Below are positions 1 to 12,250 of a stretch of 64,000 nucleotides of DNA, piece by piece. The stretch is taken from NCBI GenBank assembly GCA_964106915.2, contig OZ066916.1; one strand, 5' to 3'. The notes under the pieces are model-generated. The model was given only the letters and a program-made list of their open reading frames with translations. It was not told the DNA's origin and searched no databases. How positions within the stretch are numbered: position 1 is the first letter of the stretch; each line of letters opens with the position of its first letter. The position numbers were made by a program, and so were the translations under genes. The DNA is from Podarcis gaigeae. Its lineage: Eukaryota.

Positions 1-1689
1 AGCAAGCTGTAGAAAGAGCCATATGCCAGAGGAAGACATTTACCAGGAACATAATTGTAATTGAATTTAAAGTTTAATTTTCTGCCTTAGTAACATATCA
101 TAGGATTAGCCATTTTGACCAGATATTTCCTAGCAAAATTTCTCTGTGATACCTGAGGACCCGTCTAACTGTGTGACTGCTATAAAGACTCCACTATTGC
201 ATTCAGATCTCTTAGTCTTTTTTGCTCACTGCATTCCAGGCAAAGTGACAGTGAATTGATGTACTAAGGATTTGCCAATTGAAAATAAATGATAGGCAAA
301 AAATTGGCACCTATTTTTTAAAGAGAAAGATTAGGAGAACTGCAAAACTTATTGGTTGTTTGCCTTTGGGCACTTCCAGACTCCCACTATTCTCATGTGG
401 GCTTCAGTCGCATCCCAACAAGTTCAGGCTGGGCAATTAAAGCTGTCCTGGAGCCCTTACGAAACAAATCCGCTTCCCCAAAATGATTATTTCGGGATAA
501 GGAAAGTGATGAATAAATGCACTGGAAAGTGGGGGATAAAACTTGCTTGGTGTAACATCGTTTAATATCCCCCAAACAAATCAGGATGAATTTGTTTTAA
601 ATAGCCAGTGTTGCCTAAACTCCATGAACCAATAAAGTTGAATGATCATTATAACAGGTTGCCTGGAAACAAACTTTGTTACTTCTGTGAATAGGGTGCC
701 TGCATTCCTAAAAACAGTTTCATAAAGGCATGGATGGAGAAACTGGCCTTCCAGATATTGCTGGATTAAAATGCTTATCACTCCTGAGCTTGGGCCATGG
801 TGACTGGGGATGATGGGGGTTGCAATCTGACAATGCCTGGAGGACCACAGGTTCCCTGTTCCTGCATTAGGGGAACTTCCACGTGTCAGTGACTCCATTG
901 CCAGGTTATGCTTCATGCTGTACAGTATTGGGAACCATGGTTTGATTTAAGTCCCCCTTCTCCCTCCAACCCTTTTCTTATTTTTTCTCTAATGTCCTTT
1001 ACCTATTTATTCATTTTGCCCCTGAAGTCTAGTTTTCATGCAGTTATAACCACTCCCTCTTTTCTGTTTTGCTTGTACGATTCCGTAATGAATATTCAAA
1101 TAAAAAATGGAATTGGGAGGGAGGAATTTGTGTGTAAGAAATATTTCACCGAGAGTCCAGTAGAGAGCACTAAGGGGCCATTGGAAGTGCACCAATCTGG
1201 GAATTACACTGAGGGAAATAACTTAATTCTCCTCATTTCTCTGGAAACCTAAATCTAAATATGGCAGCATTTTTAATGGTATAATATGTTTTGTAATTAC
1301 CTTTATCACATCTCTGCTGTTACTTAACAACTGCCAATTTTTTTGCTGTTCTTCTTCTGGAGGAATTTCATTCTGACACAAATTCTTCCCACATGTTACA
1401 TCATTAGGCATGTCTGAATAGACACAGTTTAGGAGAAGACACTTCTTTTGAGGCACTCCAGTGACAGCAATAGGGCACTAGTTATGCAGGCTTCACAAAG
1501 CATGTGCTAGTTCCACAGTTTTCCTCATCAACCATTTGACTTCACGGCATCATCACTGCAAAGACAGATAATGGTTTTCAAGGTGGAGAATCCTGAAGGG
1601 AACTGGCGCTAAAACTTCATTGACGGTTCCCATTTTTCTGTTTCAAAAGTACTGACATTTCTGCCTCAGGACTAAAGCAACTTGGAAGC

Positions 1690-1736
1690 AAGGAAGGAAG
1701 GAAGGAAGGAAGGAAGGAAGGAAGGAAGGAAGGAAG
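1690..1736. repeat. (GGAA)n microsatellite
   Basis: Directly visible. Confidence 0.95.
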
Positions 1737-1917
1737 TCAAAAAGAGAATCAGCAATATACAGCTCCTACTATCTAAATGTCACTTTGCTAAGTGGAATCT
1801 ATTATACATAATAATCAGAATTTGTTGGTGTTTTGTGATTTTCTAGCCACAACTTACATGCTTTTTCTGTTGAGTTAAAAATCAGAAGTCTTTCAAAAAT
1901 AATAATAAAAACATAGA

Positions 1918-2081
1918 TTCAGGTAGGTAGCTGTGTTGGTCTGACACAGTCGAAATATATTAAAAAAAATAAAATTGTCCAGTAGCACCATAGAGACCAA
2001 CTAAGTTTGTTCTTGGTATAAGCTTTCGTGTACATGCCAAGAACAAACTTAGTTGGTCTCTAAGGTGCTACTGGACAATTT
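1918..2081. mobile_element. Penelope-like element fragment with fold-back (inverted) duplication
   Basis: 45-bp inverted arms 1972-2016 and 2037-2081 (1 mismatch), 20-nt spacer containing half a hammerhead (minus strand CATGTACAC-GAAA-GCTT-ATAC); homologous to 27566-27691. Confidence 0.7.
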
Positions 2082-2109
2082 ATTTATTTATAATAAAAAC
2101 ATATTAAAG

Positions 2110-2212
2110 CAGTCCACAAAAGAGTATGCCACAATAAATCTATTAGTCTTTAAGGAACCACAATACACTTGTTTTTGCTGCAAGAGATTAACATGCCTAC
2201 CCCTGTGGAAAT
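2110..2212 (+). mobile_element. Older degenerate Penelope-like fragment
   Basis: cacaaaagagtatgccacaataaatctattagtctttaagg...gattaacatgcctaccc resembles a diverged version of the same PLE terminus. Confidence 0.4.
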
Positions 2213-2525
2213 AGTTACATTTTGATAATGAAAGATCAGTGTTAGCCTATATAACTGTAGACTGTTAGAACTGTATGTACTACTTAGGACAGATCCCCAC
2301 CATACATTTCAAGTACCTCTAATACACATTTAAAGCATGTGGCTTCTTCCCCCAAAGAATCCTGGGAACTATAGTTTTCCCCTCATGGAGACCCTTTCTC
2401 AGCATACTTAAAACTACAGTTCTTAGAATTCCAAAGTCACATGCTTCAAATGTGTGTTGCATGAGCTTTAAATGTATGGTGTTGATACATGCAAACCCCC
2501 CAAACACAATCAGATTTGCCCATAG

Positions 2526-2889
2526 AAAGGTAAAGGTAAAGGTACCCCTGCTTGTACGGGCCAGTCTTGACAGACTCTGGGGTTGTGCGCCCATCTCACT
2601 CAAGAGGCCAGGGGCCAGCGCTGTCCGGAGACACTTCCGGGTCACGTGGCCAGCGTGACATCGCTGCTCTGGCGAGCCAGAGCCGCACTCAGAAACGCCG
2701 TTTACCTTCCCGCTGGTAAGCGGTCCCTATTTATCTACTTGCACCCGGAGGTGCTTTTGAACTGCTAGGTTGGCAGGCGCTGGGACCGAGCAGCGGGAGC
2801 GCACCCCGCCGCAGGGATTCGAACCGCCGACCTTTCGATCGGCAAGTCCTAGGCGCTGAGGCTTTAACCCACAGCGCCACCTGTGTCCC
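2526..2889 (-). mobile_element. Sauria SINE (Squam1), full length, young
   Basis: Minus strand begins GGGACACAGGTGGCGCTGTGGGTTAAAG with tRNA A/B boxes (GGTTCGAATCC) and ends in (ACCTTT)n; short TSD ATAGA(AA); near-identical to 30893-31256. Confidence 0.92.
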
Positions 2890-3389
2890 ATAGAAACACA
2901 AATATAAAAGCAGCATGTTACTGCCAGATTTGTTTTCAATCACTTTGCAAGTGTTCCCCAATACGTAATTTGCCTTTTTCACAGTAGCTACACACCGGGT
3001 CAAAATTTTCATTGAGCTATCCTCCACAACTTTAAGATTCCTTCCCTGGTCATTCATTGTCAGCTCAGACATCATCAGTGTATATGTGAAGTTGATATTA
3101 TTTTGCTCCAGTGTGCATAAGTTTACATTTACGTCCACTGAACTGCATTACAATTTACTGCTCATTTGGAGATAATCCTTTTTGAGCTCTTTGCTAACCC
3201 TTCTTGTTATAACCACCCTAAACAATTGGGTTCCATCAGCAAACTTGGACACCTCACTGCTTACCCCAACTCTAGATCATTTATGAACAAGTTACAAAGC
3301 ACCAGTCCCAATGCAGATCTGTAGGGTACACTACTATTTACATTCCTCCATAGCAAGAGCTGTCTGTTTATTGGTACTCTCTGATTCTG

Positions 3390-3500
3390 AAGAACATAAG
3401 AAGAGCCCTGATGGATCGGACCAAAGGCGTATCCAGTCCAGAATCCTGTTCTATTGGTAGCCAACCAGATGCCCATGAAAGTCCAGAAGTAGGGCATGAT
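3390..3500 (-). mobile_element. CR1-type 3' end (or CR1-mobilised SINE tail) nested in the older CR1
   Basis: agaacataagaagagccctgatggatcggaccaaagg is the reverse complement of the squamate CR1 3' terminus; relatives at ~14600-14815, ~59670-59720 and ~59945-59980. Confidence 0.6.
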
Positions 3501-3799
3501 CTACTTCATTATTGATCTGGTTCATTATTTAGTTTTGTTATTGTTAAGATGTCCTCTCTCTGTGACATGATGGCCAAGTTCAGGAGTTCAGGAGTCCTTA
3601 GCAAGTGACTTTGCCAAATGTCTTCTGAAAAGTCAGGTAAACAATGTCTCCTGTATCACTACATATCCATAAGGTTGTTGACACTCCCAAAGAACTCTGA
3701 AAGGAAAGGAGACAGGACTTACTTTTGCAGAAGCCATATTGATTCTTCTTCAGCAATATTTGTACTTCCATATACTTGATAGTTATATCTTTAATAATA

Positions 3800-4137
3800 G
3801 GTAAAGGTAAAGGGTCCAGTCGTGACCGACTCTGGGGTTGTGGTGCTCATCTCGCTTTATTGGCCGAGGGAGCCAGCGTACAGCTTCCAGGTCATGTGGC
3901 CAGCATGACTAAACTGCTTCTGGCGAACCAGAGCAGCGCATGGAAACGCCGTTTACCTTCCTGCCGGAGCGGTACCTATTTATCTACTTGCACTTTGACG
4001 TGCTTTTGAACTGCTAGGTTGGCAGGAGCAGGGACCGAGCAACGGGAGCACACCCCGTCGCGGGGATTCGAACCGCCAACCTTCTGATCAGCAAGTCCTC
4101 GGCTCTGTGGTTTAACCCACAGTGCCACCCACGTCCC
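3800..4137 (-). mobile_element. Sauria SINE (second subfamily) inserted into a CR1
   Basis: tRNA head GGGACGTGGGTGGCACTGTGGG, B box GGTTCGAATCC, ACCTTT tail; 14-bp TSD TATCTTTAATAATA (3786-3799 and 4140-4153). Confidence 0.9.
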
Positions 4138-5878
4138 AGTATCTTTAATAATATTATTATTAAAATAATATTATCTTTAATAATACTTTGCACCAATTTA
4201 ACCAGAACAGACATTAAGCTAGCTGGTCTTTAATTTCCTGGATCCTCACCCCCACCCCCCTTAAAACAAACCTGGACACTCAAGAAAGTCCAACTGGACC
4301 ATCAATGAAGGCAGAAAAAGATCTAATTATGTTACTGCACTGAGGATGATTGGACAAGACACAAATACTCAAGCCACCCCCTTCAGTACAGTATAGCAGT
4401 TCTTCTAAATCCAGCTTGGCAGACAGTATGCTTAATGATTGGTACATGATTGACAAGGCGGCATGTTAACACGGGCTAGGACTAATTCTCTGGTCTGATG
4501 CCTCCTTCTCTGAATGCTAATGATGTCTGTCCCAGTGAAATGAATGAAAAGTACATCAATCCCTTGTGGCTTTGTGCAGATGCTCAGTTGTGACAGCTGA
4601 ATTTGCCCAGGAGAAAACTCACAGCTATAGGGCCATCTGGTTATATAGCATAAACTTTAATCTGTCCAGCCAAATGTTTGGCAAATCAGCAGCTGATAGA
4701 AAAGGATTTATTGTTTTCATGCTAGATAGCGCCAAAACCTCACAGGGAAGAAACAGCTGCAGTTATGTTATGGGAAATGTGTAGGCTAGGTATAATGAAA
4801 TTAAGAATCATTTCTGGACTTGGTCAAATAGACATGATTATACCTAGCAAGAAAAGCTGAGAAGTAGTCACCATATAATGAGAATACAAAAAAACTGTGT
4901 GTTTCTAGTTATTCTGGATAAACTAAGCATTTGCTCTGTTGCAGGCTCCTTAATCATCCTATTATATCCAGCTCCTGTTATAAAACCCATGACATCGCAT
5001 ATTGTATCAATAAATCATAACCTTTTTCCCATTTTTTTAGGTAGCATTCTCACAGAATATTATTTCTGAGCTGCATAGTCTATCTTTGAGTATGACTTTT
5101 AATATTGATGATGGATTCACACTCCTCAGTGCTTATGAAAGGTAGCTGTTACATCTACTGAGGCAAGGAGACGGAACGCGCCATCAAGGACTGAGGCATC
5201 TGGGTGGCTAGGAACGTTCAGGAAGGACCAGAACACTGGTGACATCCATACCCTATATCTAAAGACCTTTTGGTGCCACTTTTGCAGTCATGGCCAGCCC
5301 AAAGAATCCTGGGAACTGTATCTTGAACTAGGCACAGTTAGCTATGGAAAGTTCCTGTCTGTGTGCTTCCTACAGATCTCAAGTTGGCCCCTGTGGGAAA
5401 CAGGATAGTGGTAGTCCTGTGATTGACTTGACTCATCTGAGCTCCTCTTATGTCCCTGTGACATATTTTGTTTGGCGGAATGTAAACTCGTAATTTAACA
5501 AAGTTGCTATTCCAGCAACGGGCGATTCTGCTTCCAGAATCAGGCAGCCAGCTAGGTAATTGCTGTAATTCTCCCTCAATCTCAGCAATGAAGTTATCAT
5601 TCTATTCAGGATCCATTTTGGCCTGGTTTCTGCCAAGGCATGACCTCACACAGCTGTAGCAAAAGGAGTTGATGGGAGTTGAAGAGGTTTAAAGTAGGAG
5701 GTATATCTTGCCTTGCAAATCTGTCATCTTTGTGCCTTTTTAGGGGTGTTTCCAAAGAGGCATGAAATTGTGCTTAGAAAGACGGGATCCCTTCATCTGT
5801 GAATATGGCTTATAAGGTGTCATATCTTCATTAGCAGGCTGTTTTGCTTGCTGCGGAAATAATGCACATGGTGGAAGC

Positions 5879-5883
<5 letters not shown>

Positions 5884-5911
<28 letters not shown>
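5884..5911. repeat. (TA)n microsatellite
   Basis: Directly visible. Confidence 0.95.
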
Positions 5912-6674
5912 CTGACTGTGCTATGCTACTCAGTTTCAGTTTTCCTTCCAATATTTCTTTCATGCCCACATTTTATTTCCTTTTGTTTGATAAATGTAAG
6001 CACAGTTTTATTGATCTCCTTTTATCATTCTTGCTTTATGGTGCAAGAACTAGAGTGTCGTCTAAATCAGTTTGATATTGCAACTGTCATCAAACATGTA
6101 ATGATTTCCCCTCCAACCCTCCCATCTTGAAGTAATATCAAGGGAAGATTTATACATCCATCAGTGCAATATTATTTGCCCAGTGGCAAAGGCAAATTTT
6201 ACATAACGGAGAGAGCAGCAAAACCAAAGAATTCAGTAGCTTTATATGCTGACTTACAAGGCTATTTAATTTTTATAGAGTCCTGTTTATTCTTCTTCCT
6301 TTTCTTATTTGATCCTGATGACCTTTTTTCATTTCGCTCCTCCAGCACCAAACACATGCACGCAAGAGAGAGAGATTTCCTTCTTTTGCAGTTTGCAATC
6401 ATTACTGAAGGATGAAATTTCAGTTTATGTTCAGTGCGGGAGCATTTCAGTCTTATGTTTCTAATGCTCCCTAATATTTTCTGAAAAAAGTCTTAACGGC
6501 GATAACAAAGCAGGAAGGCCTTCCTGTTGTAGAGCAGTTTATGTTACATAAAGCTGATATTCAATACAAAGCATGAGTGTAACTTTATAGTATCCCAGTT
6601 TGCAATATACTTGCTATCTCCAGCTGATCATTTATCATTCCGTTTCCAGTAGCGAGGCTGTGAGTGGTGTTGGT

Positions 6675-6855
6675 TATACATACACACCAGACATCTAAAA
6701 GTGCAGGACTTCCCCCAAAGAATCCTGGGACCTGTCGTTTGTTAAAGGTGCTGGGAATTGAAATTTAGTGAGATAAATAACTGCTCCCAGGATTCTTTGG
6801 AGGAAGTCACATGCTTTAAACTAAGTCACATGCTTTAAACTATAAGTGTAGGGTG
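6675..6855. repeat. Palindromic squamate interspersed repeat (MITE-like); relatives at ~2320-2485 and ~5295-5350
   Basis: ACTTCCCCCAAAGAATCCTGGGA / TCCCAGGATTCTTTGGAGGAAGT inverted arms; local tandem duplication of AAGTCACATGCTTTAAACT. Confidence 0.6.
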
Positions 6856-7165
6856 TTGGCAGACGGTGCTGCTGCTGTTGCTTGCTCACTCGCAGAGGAA
6901 GCTGAAGAGCTGTGCTTTTGAGAAGACTAGCTCTGTTCCTCCAGTGCTGAGAACAAGGCACAGAGCAGATGTGTGGTTTGGGGGAAATGGCTTCACAGGC
7001 CAAATTGGACCTCCTGGTATGCCCACAGCTATAGATGCCTCACCCCTAGTGCAGATTCTGCGCTATATGGACCAATGGTTTCACTCAATATAGGAAGGTT
7101 TCTATATGTCCGCATTTTACTTTCATACACATACACACACTTGCACACACACACAAATACACACA

Positions 7166-7285
7166 GAGTGAGGGGGGAAGTATTCGATCCCCTGCTAAAT
7201 TTGCCCGTTTGCCCTCTGACGAAGAAATGACTAGTCCATAATTTTAATGGTAGGCTTATTGTAGCTGTGAGAGACAGAATAACAA
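7166..7285 (+). mobile_element. Tc1 transposon terminal-repeat fragment
   Basis: AGTGAGGGGGGAAGTATTCGATCCCCTGCTAAATTTGCCCGTTTGCCCTCTGACGAAGAAATGA...TAATTTTAATGGTAGG...GTGAGAGACAGAATAACAA closely resembles Tc1 long TIRs I recall from fish/amphibians. Confidence 0.65.
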
Positions 7286-7315
7286 TATATATGGAGTGTG
7301 TGTGTGTGTGTGCAC

Positions 7316-7466
7316 ATTTTTCCATGTATAAGACCCCCCCCCCCCCAATTCTGGGGGACTCAAATTTAAGAAAATGGGGAAGATCTATCCGTGTATAAGA
7401 CACTCCCAAATTTTGGACATTATTTTTTAAGGGGGAAAGCCTAGTCTTATACATGGAAAAATACGG
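7316..7466. mobile_element. Related Tc2/pogo-like MITE with eroded left end
   Basis: ATTTTTCCATGTATAAGAC / GTCTTATACATGGAAAAATACGG-TA. Confidence 0.8.
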
Positions 7467-7999
7467 TAATTCTTTTCTACAACAACATTAAGCTCATCCC
7501 AAGTACATGTGCTTAATATCAAGACACCAGAATCAAACTCTATTATTGTTTAAGTGCAGCTAAAATTCAAAACTGCACATGCATAGAGTATTATTCTTAA
7601 AATTCATTGTTGTCAAACTGTGTTTTCTTTGTGTTTGACTCTAAGAATCAGGAATGCAGCAGCAGTTGTAAACTATGCAATGGTTGCGGGATTATGGGGA
7701 GAGAAGAGAAATATTAACTGGGTGCTTCACAACGTAAGTGAAACACATGACCACCTAAAAGGCCAAAGTCTAAAATTACCTTGCTCTATCACTGATCAAG
7801 GCAGTAAGTCATTTTCAAGGGAATCCTTAAATTGTGTTGGTTTAAGCAAACTGACTGTTTTCATGTTCTAAAATACGGGGCTTATCTAGGCTGCCACCTT
7901 GCGGAACACATTAATCTCTTTTACATGTGGCTTTAATGTGTGTCTCATTTGTAAGATCTGCACAGGGCACAGCTGGTTAGAAGTGTAGTCCCTAACGAG

Positions 8000-8160
8000 T
8001 GTAGCCATGGCTCAGTGAGAGAGCATCTGCACTGCATGCAGAGTCCCTGGTTAAATCCCTGGCACAGCCAGGTAAGGCTGGGAAAGATGCTTGCCTGAAA
8101 TTCTAGAATGCCGCCAAACTGCAGACAAAACTGATTAGGTGTGATTCCTGTGTACATTAC
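8000..8160 (+). mobile_element. tRNA-derived SINE (Squam3-like), degenerate
   Basis: GCCATGGCTCAGTGAGAGAGCATCTGCACTGCATGCAGAGTCCCTGGTTAAATCCCTGGC. Confidence 0.6.
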
Positions 8161-8566
8161 CAGGATGTTTGTCTGTTGAACTAGTTTACCTTTTCGGACC
8201 CTTCCAACTCTATGACTCTGTGAGCTAGATTGGAGGATTGGCGGCCAAGTTCTAATCCATCATGTGCAAAAACAGGAAGAAATAACAATGTGTGTACTTG
8301 CCACTCTGTTTCCGTGAGTACTCAGCTGATGCACAAGTGATGAGCTCTGACAATGCCTATACACAACACATTTATCGAGAAGTTATCCTTATTTTACTTG
8401 CACAAAGCTTATTTGGAGGTTAGACCATACCTGAGCTTTATTGAGCATTCACTCTGACTTGTTTGAGGGGAGGTTACAGTATAGGACCGTGAGCATTCAT
8501 CTTGATTTGCTTGCATGGTGCTTATACGTACGTTCGTCTCACACTCTTCAATGCATTTTCAATGTA

Positions 8567-8796
8567 CAGTGGTACCTCGGGTTACATACGCTTCAGGTTA
8601 CAGAAGCTTCAGGTTACAGACTCCGCTGTACCTTGGGTTAAGAACTTTGCTTCAGGATGGGAACAGAAATCGTGCTCTGGCGGCACGGCAGCAGCAGGAG
8701 GCCCCATTAGCTAAAGTGGTGTTTCAGGTTAAGAACAGTTTCAGGTTAAGTACGGACCTACGGAACGAATTAAGTACATAACCTGAGGTACCACTG
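8567..8796. mobile_element. Tc1/mariner (Tigger/pogo-type) MITE, family A copy 1
   Basis: TIRs CAGTGGTACCTCGGGTTA / TAACCTGAGGTACCACTG, TA TSD both sides, 230 bp. Confidence 0.9.
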
Positions 8797-11019
8797 TACT
8801 TCCCAGTCAGTTTCCTAACAGCAAAAATAATTGTTGCACTAGGGCAGCAGAGTGCTTTAATTCACTCCTGTTGTGCAAACCTATACATCCTGATTTGTTC
8901 TCAAATTCCTCCTGCAAAATACTGAGTCTGGTGATGCCTTTAAGGATATTGTGAATTTTATTAAGCTGCTGCCTGCTACCCCAACCTCTGAGCAGCACAT
9001 GATTCCAGGGATGCCAGATACTGACCCAGGATTCCAGCAGAAACCAGCCTTGGCTCACTCTCTCTGCCTTTGAAGCCTGCAGCTTTTGCATCCAGCTTCT
9101 AGATCAGACCTCTCAACTCTGACCTTTTTCTAACTAACAGACAGTTGAGGGATAGAGGCTCACCCATTTGCCCCCAGAGCCACCCGCTTTGTTCCCTTAA
9201 AGACTTATCTTTAGTGGGCCATTACCAGGCTGGCCTGGCTATTCCAGCAATGGAATCCATGCTGGGTCCTAGAATTAAAAGTGTGGTTCGGGCACACAGC
9301 GCTCCCCCAACTCATAACAATACATTTTGTGGGTTTTATTTTCATCTTGCAGTAATTATTATTTTATGGTGAGCTGCTTACTTACATTAAAAAGTGCAAA
9401 TACTTCCCCCCCTCTTTTTCATAGAAAATGAATAGGTGATCAAGGGGGAAAGAGTAAGAGATCTCCAGTCCTGGGACCACTGCATTTTCAGTCGTGATTC
9501 CTGAGACAGCTCCTGAACTGACTTACAAGAACAAAGTCATTTAGAGAACAGCACTGCAGAAACAGTGGCTTGGTTTTATTCTCCTGTATATTGTTTAATT
9601 TTATTTCTGGCTTGCATGCGTGATGACATATTGCTTCTTCCCCACTTTTAATGCTCCGAACATGGGAAAGAATAATCAGTACTTTTAATTGCTGAATTTA
9701 AAAACATCCAGATAACAAATGCCCCCTACTTATATAACATTTTGCAGCTTCAAAGTGGTGCGCAGATCTTAACTCATTAATCTCAAAATATCAGTGTGAG
9801 GAAGTTAATTAAATATTACTGTGCATATTTTAGAGATAGGGAAATGGATTTCAGGAGACCGGTAAGAGCCTCCAGCAAGGTCACAAAGCTATAATTCACA
9901 AAACTGCTTCAACTGGAGTCCTTAAATTTGAGGTGTTGGGTAGCGAAAGCACTCATTCAGCTTCAACAGAGCTGAAAGAGGTTTGTATTACAATTGGCAG
10001 ATACTAGTCCATTAGGGGAAATGACGCACTACCCAACCAGTCTTAGTCTGCCCTCAGTCAGCCTCTACCTGCCCACTTTCTTATTTATTACCTCCAGTCC
10101 AGGGAGTAGCCTTGAATTCTTCCTCCTTAGTCTCACTGTTGCCCATGTAGGGAGGAGGGCAGGGACAAAACCAGAATTAGTTGGCTCTGCCTGTCATTGG
10201 CTCTGGCGCCACCTACTGTTGGCCTCCCAGCCTCCCACCCCACCAGTCCCAATGGCACTAGCCACCACTGATTGTACCAGCCAATGCAATAGGCTTTGCT
10301 TAGCAAATTGGGCCAAGGAAAAGGCAACAATCTCCTTGCAATCAAAGAACTGTCACTGAATTTCTCAAAATACTTTAAAAAAAAAAAAAGACACCCAGAA
10401 TTGTGCTTGTTGTGGAGATCTGGACTTCCAGAGTTTCATGGGACACAATTTAACTGGCCATGGGTAGTGAAAAAGATAACTGTGGGCCAGGTAGCACACA
10501 GAAGGTGACCCATGTGAGGTCATAACATGAGGTTCCCTGAGACCACGCGTTCCTGAATACACAAGAGAACACAATTTCCTTTCAATGGCAAAAGATGTGT
10601 CTAAACATATGAAAACATGCTGACAATGTTCAAATTTCCTGTCTTGCATTGAAAGAAGATGGCTTTACTGAAACTAATGTCAAATTGAAGAAAAGCATGT
10701 GAGTATGGGATTATCCTAGATATTTCCAGAAATTGTTCATAAAATGGAATGCTAAATCTAATACTGCAGAAAACTAGAATTGGATCAAAGGGAGGAGGGA
10801 TTTAGGCTATGCTTGCAACAACAGATGAAAATGTGAACAATATTGTTCAAGCTAAAAGAATAGTTCAGGGCAACTCATTGCTAACAAAGGTAGAAACTGA
10901 ATTTAGTCTTAAGAATCTCTCTTAGTTTGGGCCTTAGTTTGCCTACCCATGTCCTAGGCCACCACCAGTGTAACATTACACCAGCCAACAAAAGATGTGG
11001 TAAGGCATAACTCTCTGGA

Positions 11020-11208
11020 ACACAGGGACACAGGAAGCTGCCTCATACGGAGTCAGACCATTGACCCAGCTAGTATTGTCTACACTGACAGGCAGCACCT
11101 CTTTGGGGTTTCAGACTGGCGTCTCAGTCCTCCTGGAGATGCTGGGGATTGAAGCTGGGAATTTCTGCATGCAAAGCAGATGCACTACCACTGAGCCTCA
11201 GCCCTCCC
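11020..11208 (-). mobile_element. tRNA-derived SINE (Squam3-like)
   Basis: Minus strand GGGCTGAGGCTCAGTGGTAGTGCATCTGCTTTGCATGCAG...TTCAATCCCCAGCATCTCCAGG head and GGCAGCTTCCTGTGT tail. Confidence 0.7.
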
Positions 11209-11297
11209 CTACTCTATGGAGAATCACCACCTGATGTTCTGCAGACCCCCCACTAAGCCAGGAACCTCTTTGCACAGCCAGGCTTGCCCCTATATAC

Positions 11298-11611
11298 CAT
11301 GGGTAGGCAACGTAAGGCCCGGGGGCTGGATCCGGCCCAATCGCCTTCTAAATCCAGCCTGCAGTCCGGGAATCAGTGTGTTTTTACATGAGTAGAATGT
11401 GTCCTTTTATTTAAAATGCATCTCTGGGTTATTTGTGGGGTCTGCCTGGTGTTTTTACATGAGTAGAATGTGTGCTTTTATTTAAAATGCATCTCTGGGT
11501 TATTTGTGGGGCATAGGAATTTGTTCATCCCCCCCCCAATATAGTTCGGCCCCCCACAAGGTATAAGGGACAGTGGACCGGCCCCCTGCTGAAAATGTTT
11601 GCTGACCCCTG
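11298..11611. mobile_element. hAT-Charlie non-autonomous element with internal 71-bp tandem duplication
   Basis: Ends CATGGGTAGGCAAC / TTTGCTGACCCCTG; subterminal GGCCC motifs; duplicated unit starting at 11378 and 11449; no clean 8-bp TSD. Confidence 0.8.
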
Positions 11612-12250
11612 TATTGCACAACCCCCAATATGTCTAGACCTGTCAGCATAACCGAGCATCCTCTCAAACTATATTTTAGAACAGCGGCTATTTTTCCATG
11701 TGTTTACTGGTGATGCATCGCAATGAATAATAGAGAAGCCAGCAGGCAGAGGGGCACCTCTGGCGCACTTTCCTCACCAGCAGCGCAAAACATAAATCAA
11801 ATATTGATAGAGTTTTAGTTTTCAGTTTCACTTTCCACAACTGCAAAGTTCAATAGTTTCTCATTGTGCCTTTCAGCAAGATGTCAATACTGTATTACTA
11901 GAGGGGGGGAGGGAATTCCCAATTAACCTCTCTGAAAGCCTCTTCTACCCTAGAGCAGTCTCCATCCCCATAGCAAACTGTAGATGGTGCTGAGCCCCAA
12001 CTTCCACCAGCTGCAGCTAAAGGTTGACTGCGGTGGGACTTGTAGTCCAAAACAGCTGCCTGAGAGCATTCATTTCCAAGCTAACTGCAACGAATGAACA
12101 TTTCCTTTTTTGTTTAACACACACTGTGTTTTTATTCCCGTTTTCCTTGTGTAATATTTGGACTGTAACATTTGCTGTTATTCAGTGGAAACTTCACCGA
12201 CTTTGTTAATATGGAATTAGGCCCATGGATTTTAGGCTAGTTAGCCTAAT

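Larger units (their letters stand above)
2900..4245 (-). mobile_element. Degenerate CR1 LINE reverse-transcriptase region, interrupted by younger insertions
   Basis: Minus-strand peptides GFCKSKSCL, DIVYLTFQKTFGK (cf. DFQKAFDKV), VNSSVPYRSALGLVLCNLFINDLELG (cf. GVPQGSVLGPVLFNLFINDL), RNLKVVEDSSMKILTRCVATVKKAN; frameshifted. Confidence 0.85.

Noticed and set aside
2583-2768. Near-identical 61-aa ORFs here and at 31014-31199
   Set aside because: Both are read-throughs of Sauria SINE copies, not duplicated genes
8567-8796. Repeated CTTCAGGTTA units resembling a CRISPR or tandem array
   Set aside because: Internal subterminal repeats of a Tigger-type MITE in a vertebrate genome; no unique spacers or cas genes
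11140-11205. tRNA-Ala-like sequences (also ~22830-22890 and ~8005-8065)
   Set aside because: Degenerate SINE heads continuous with SINE bodies; cannot fold as intact tRNAs
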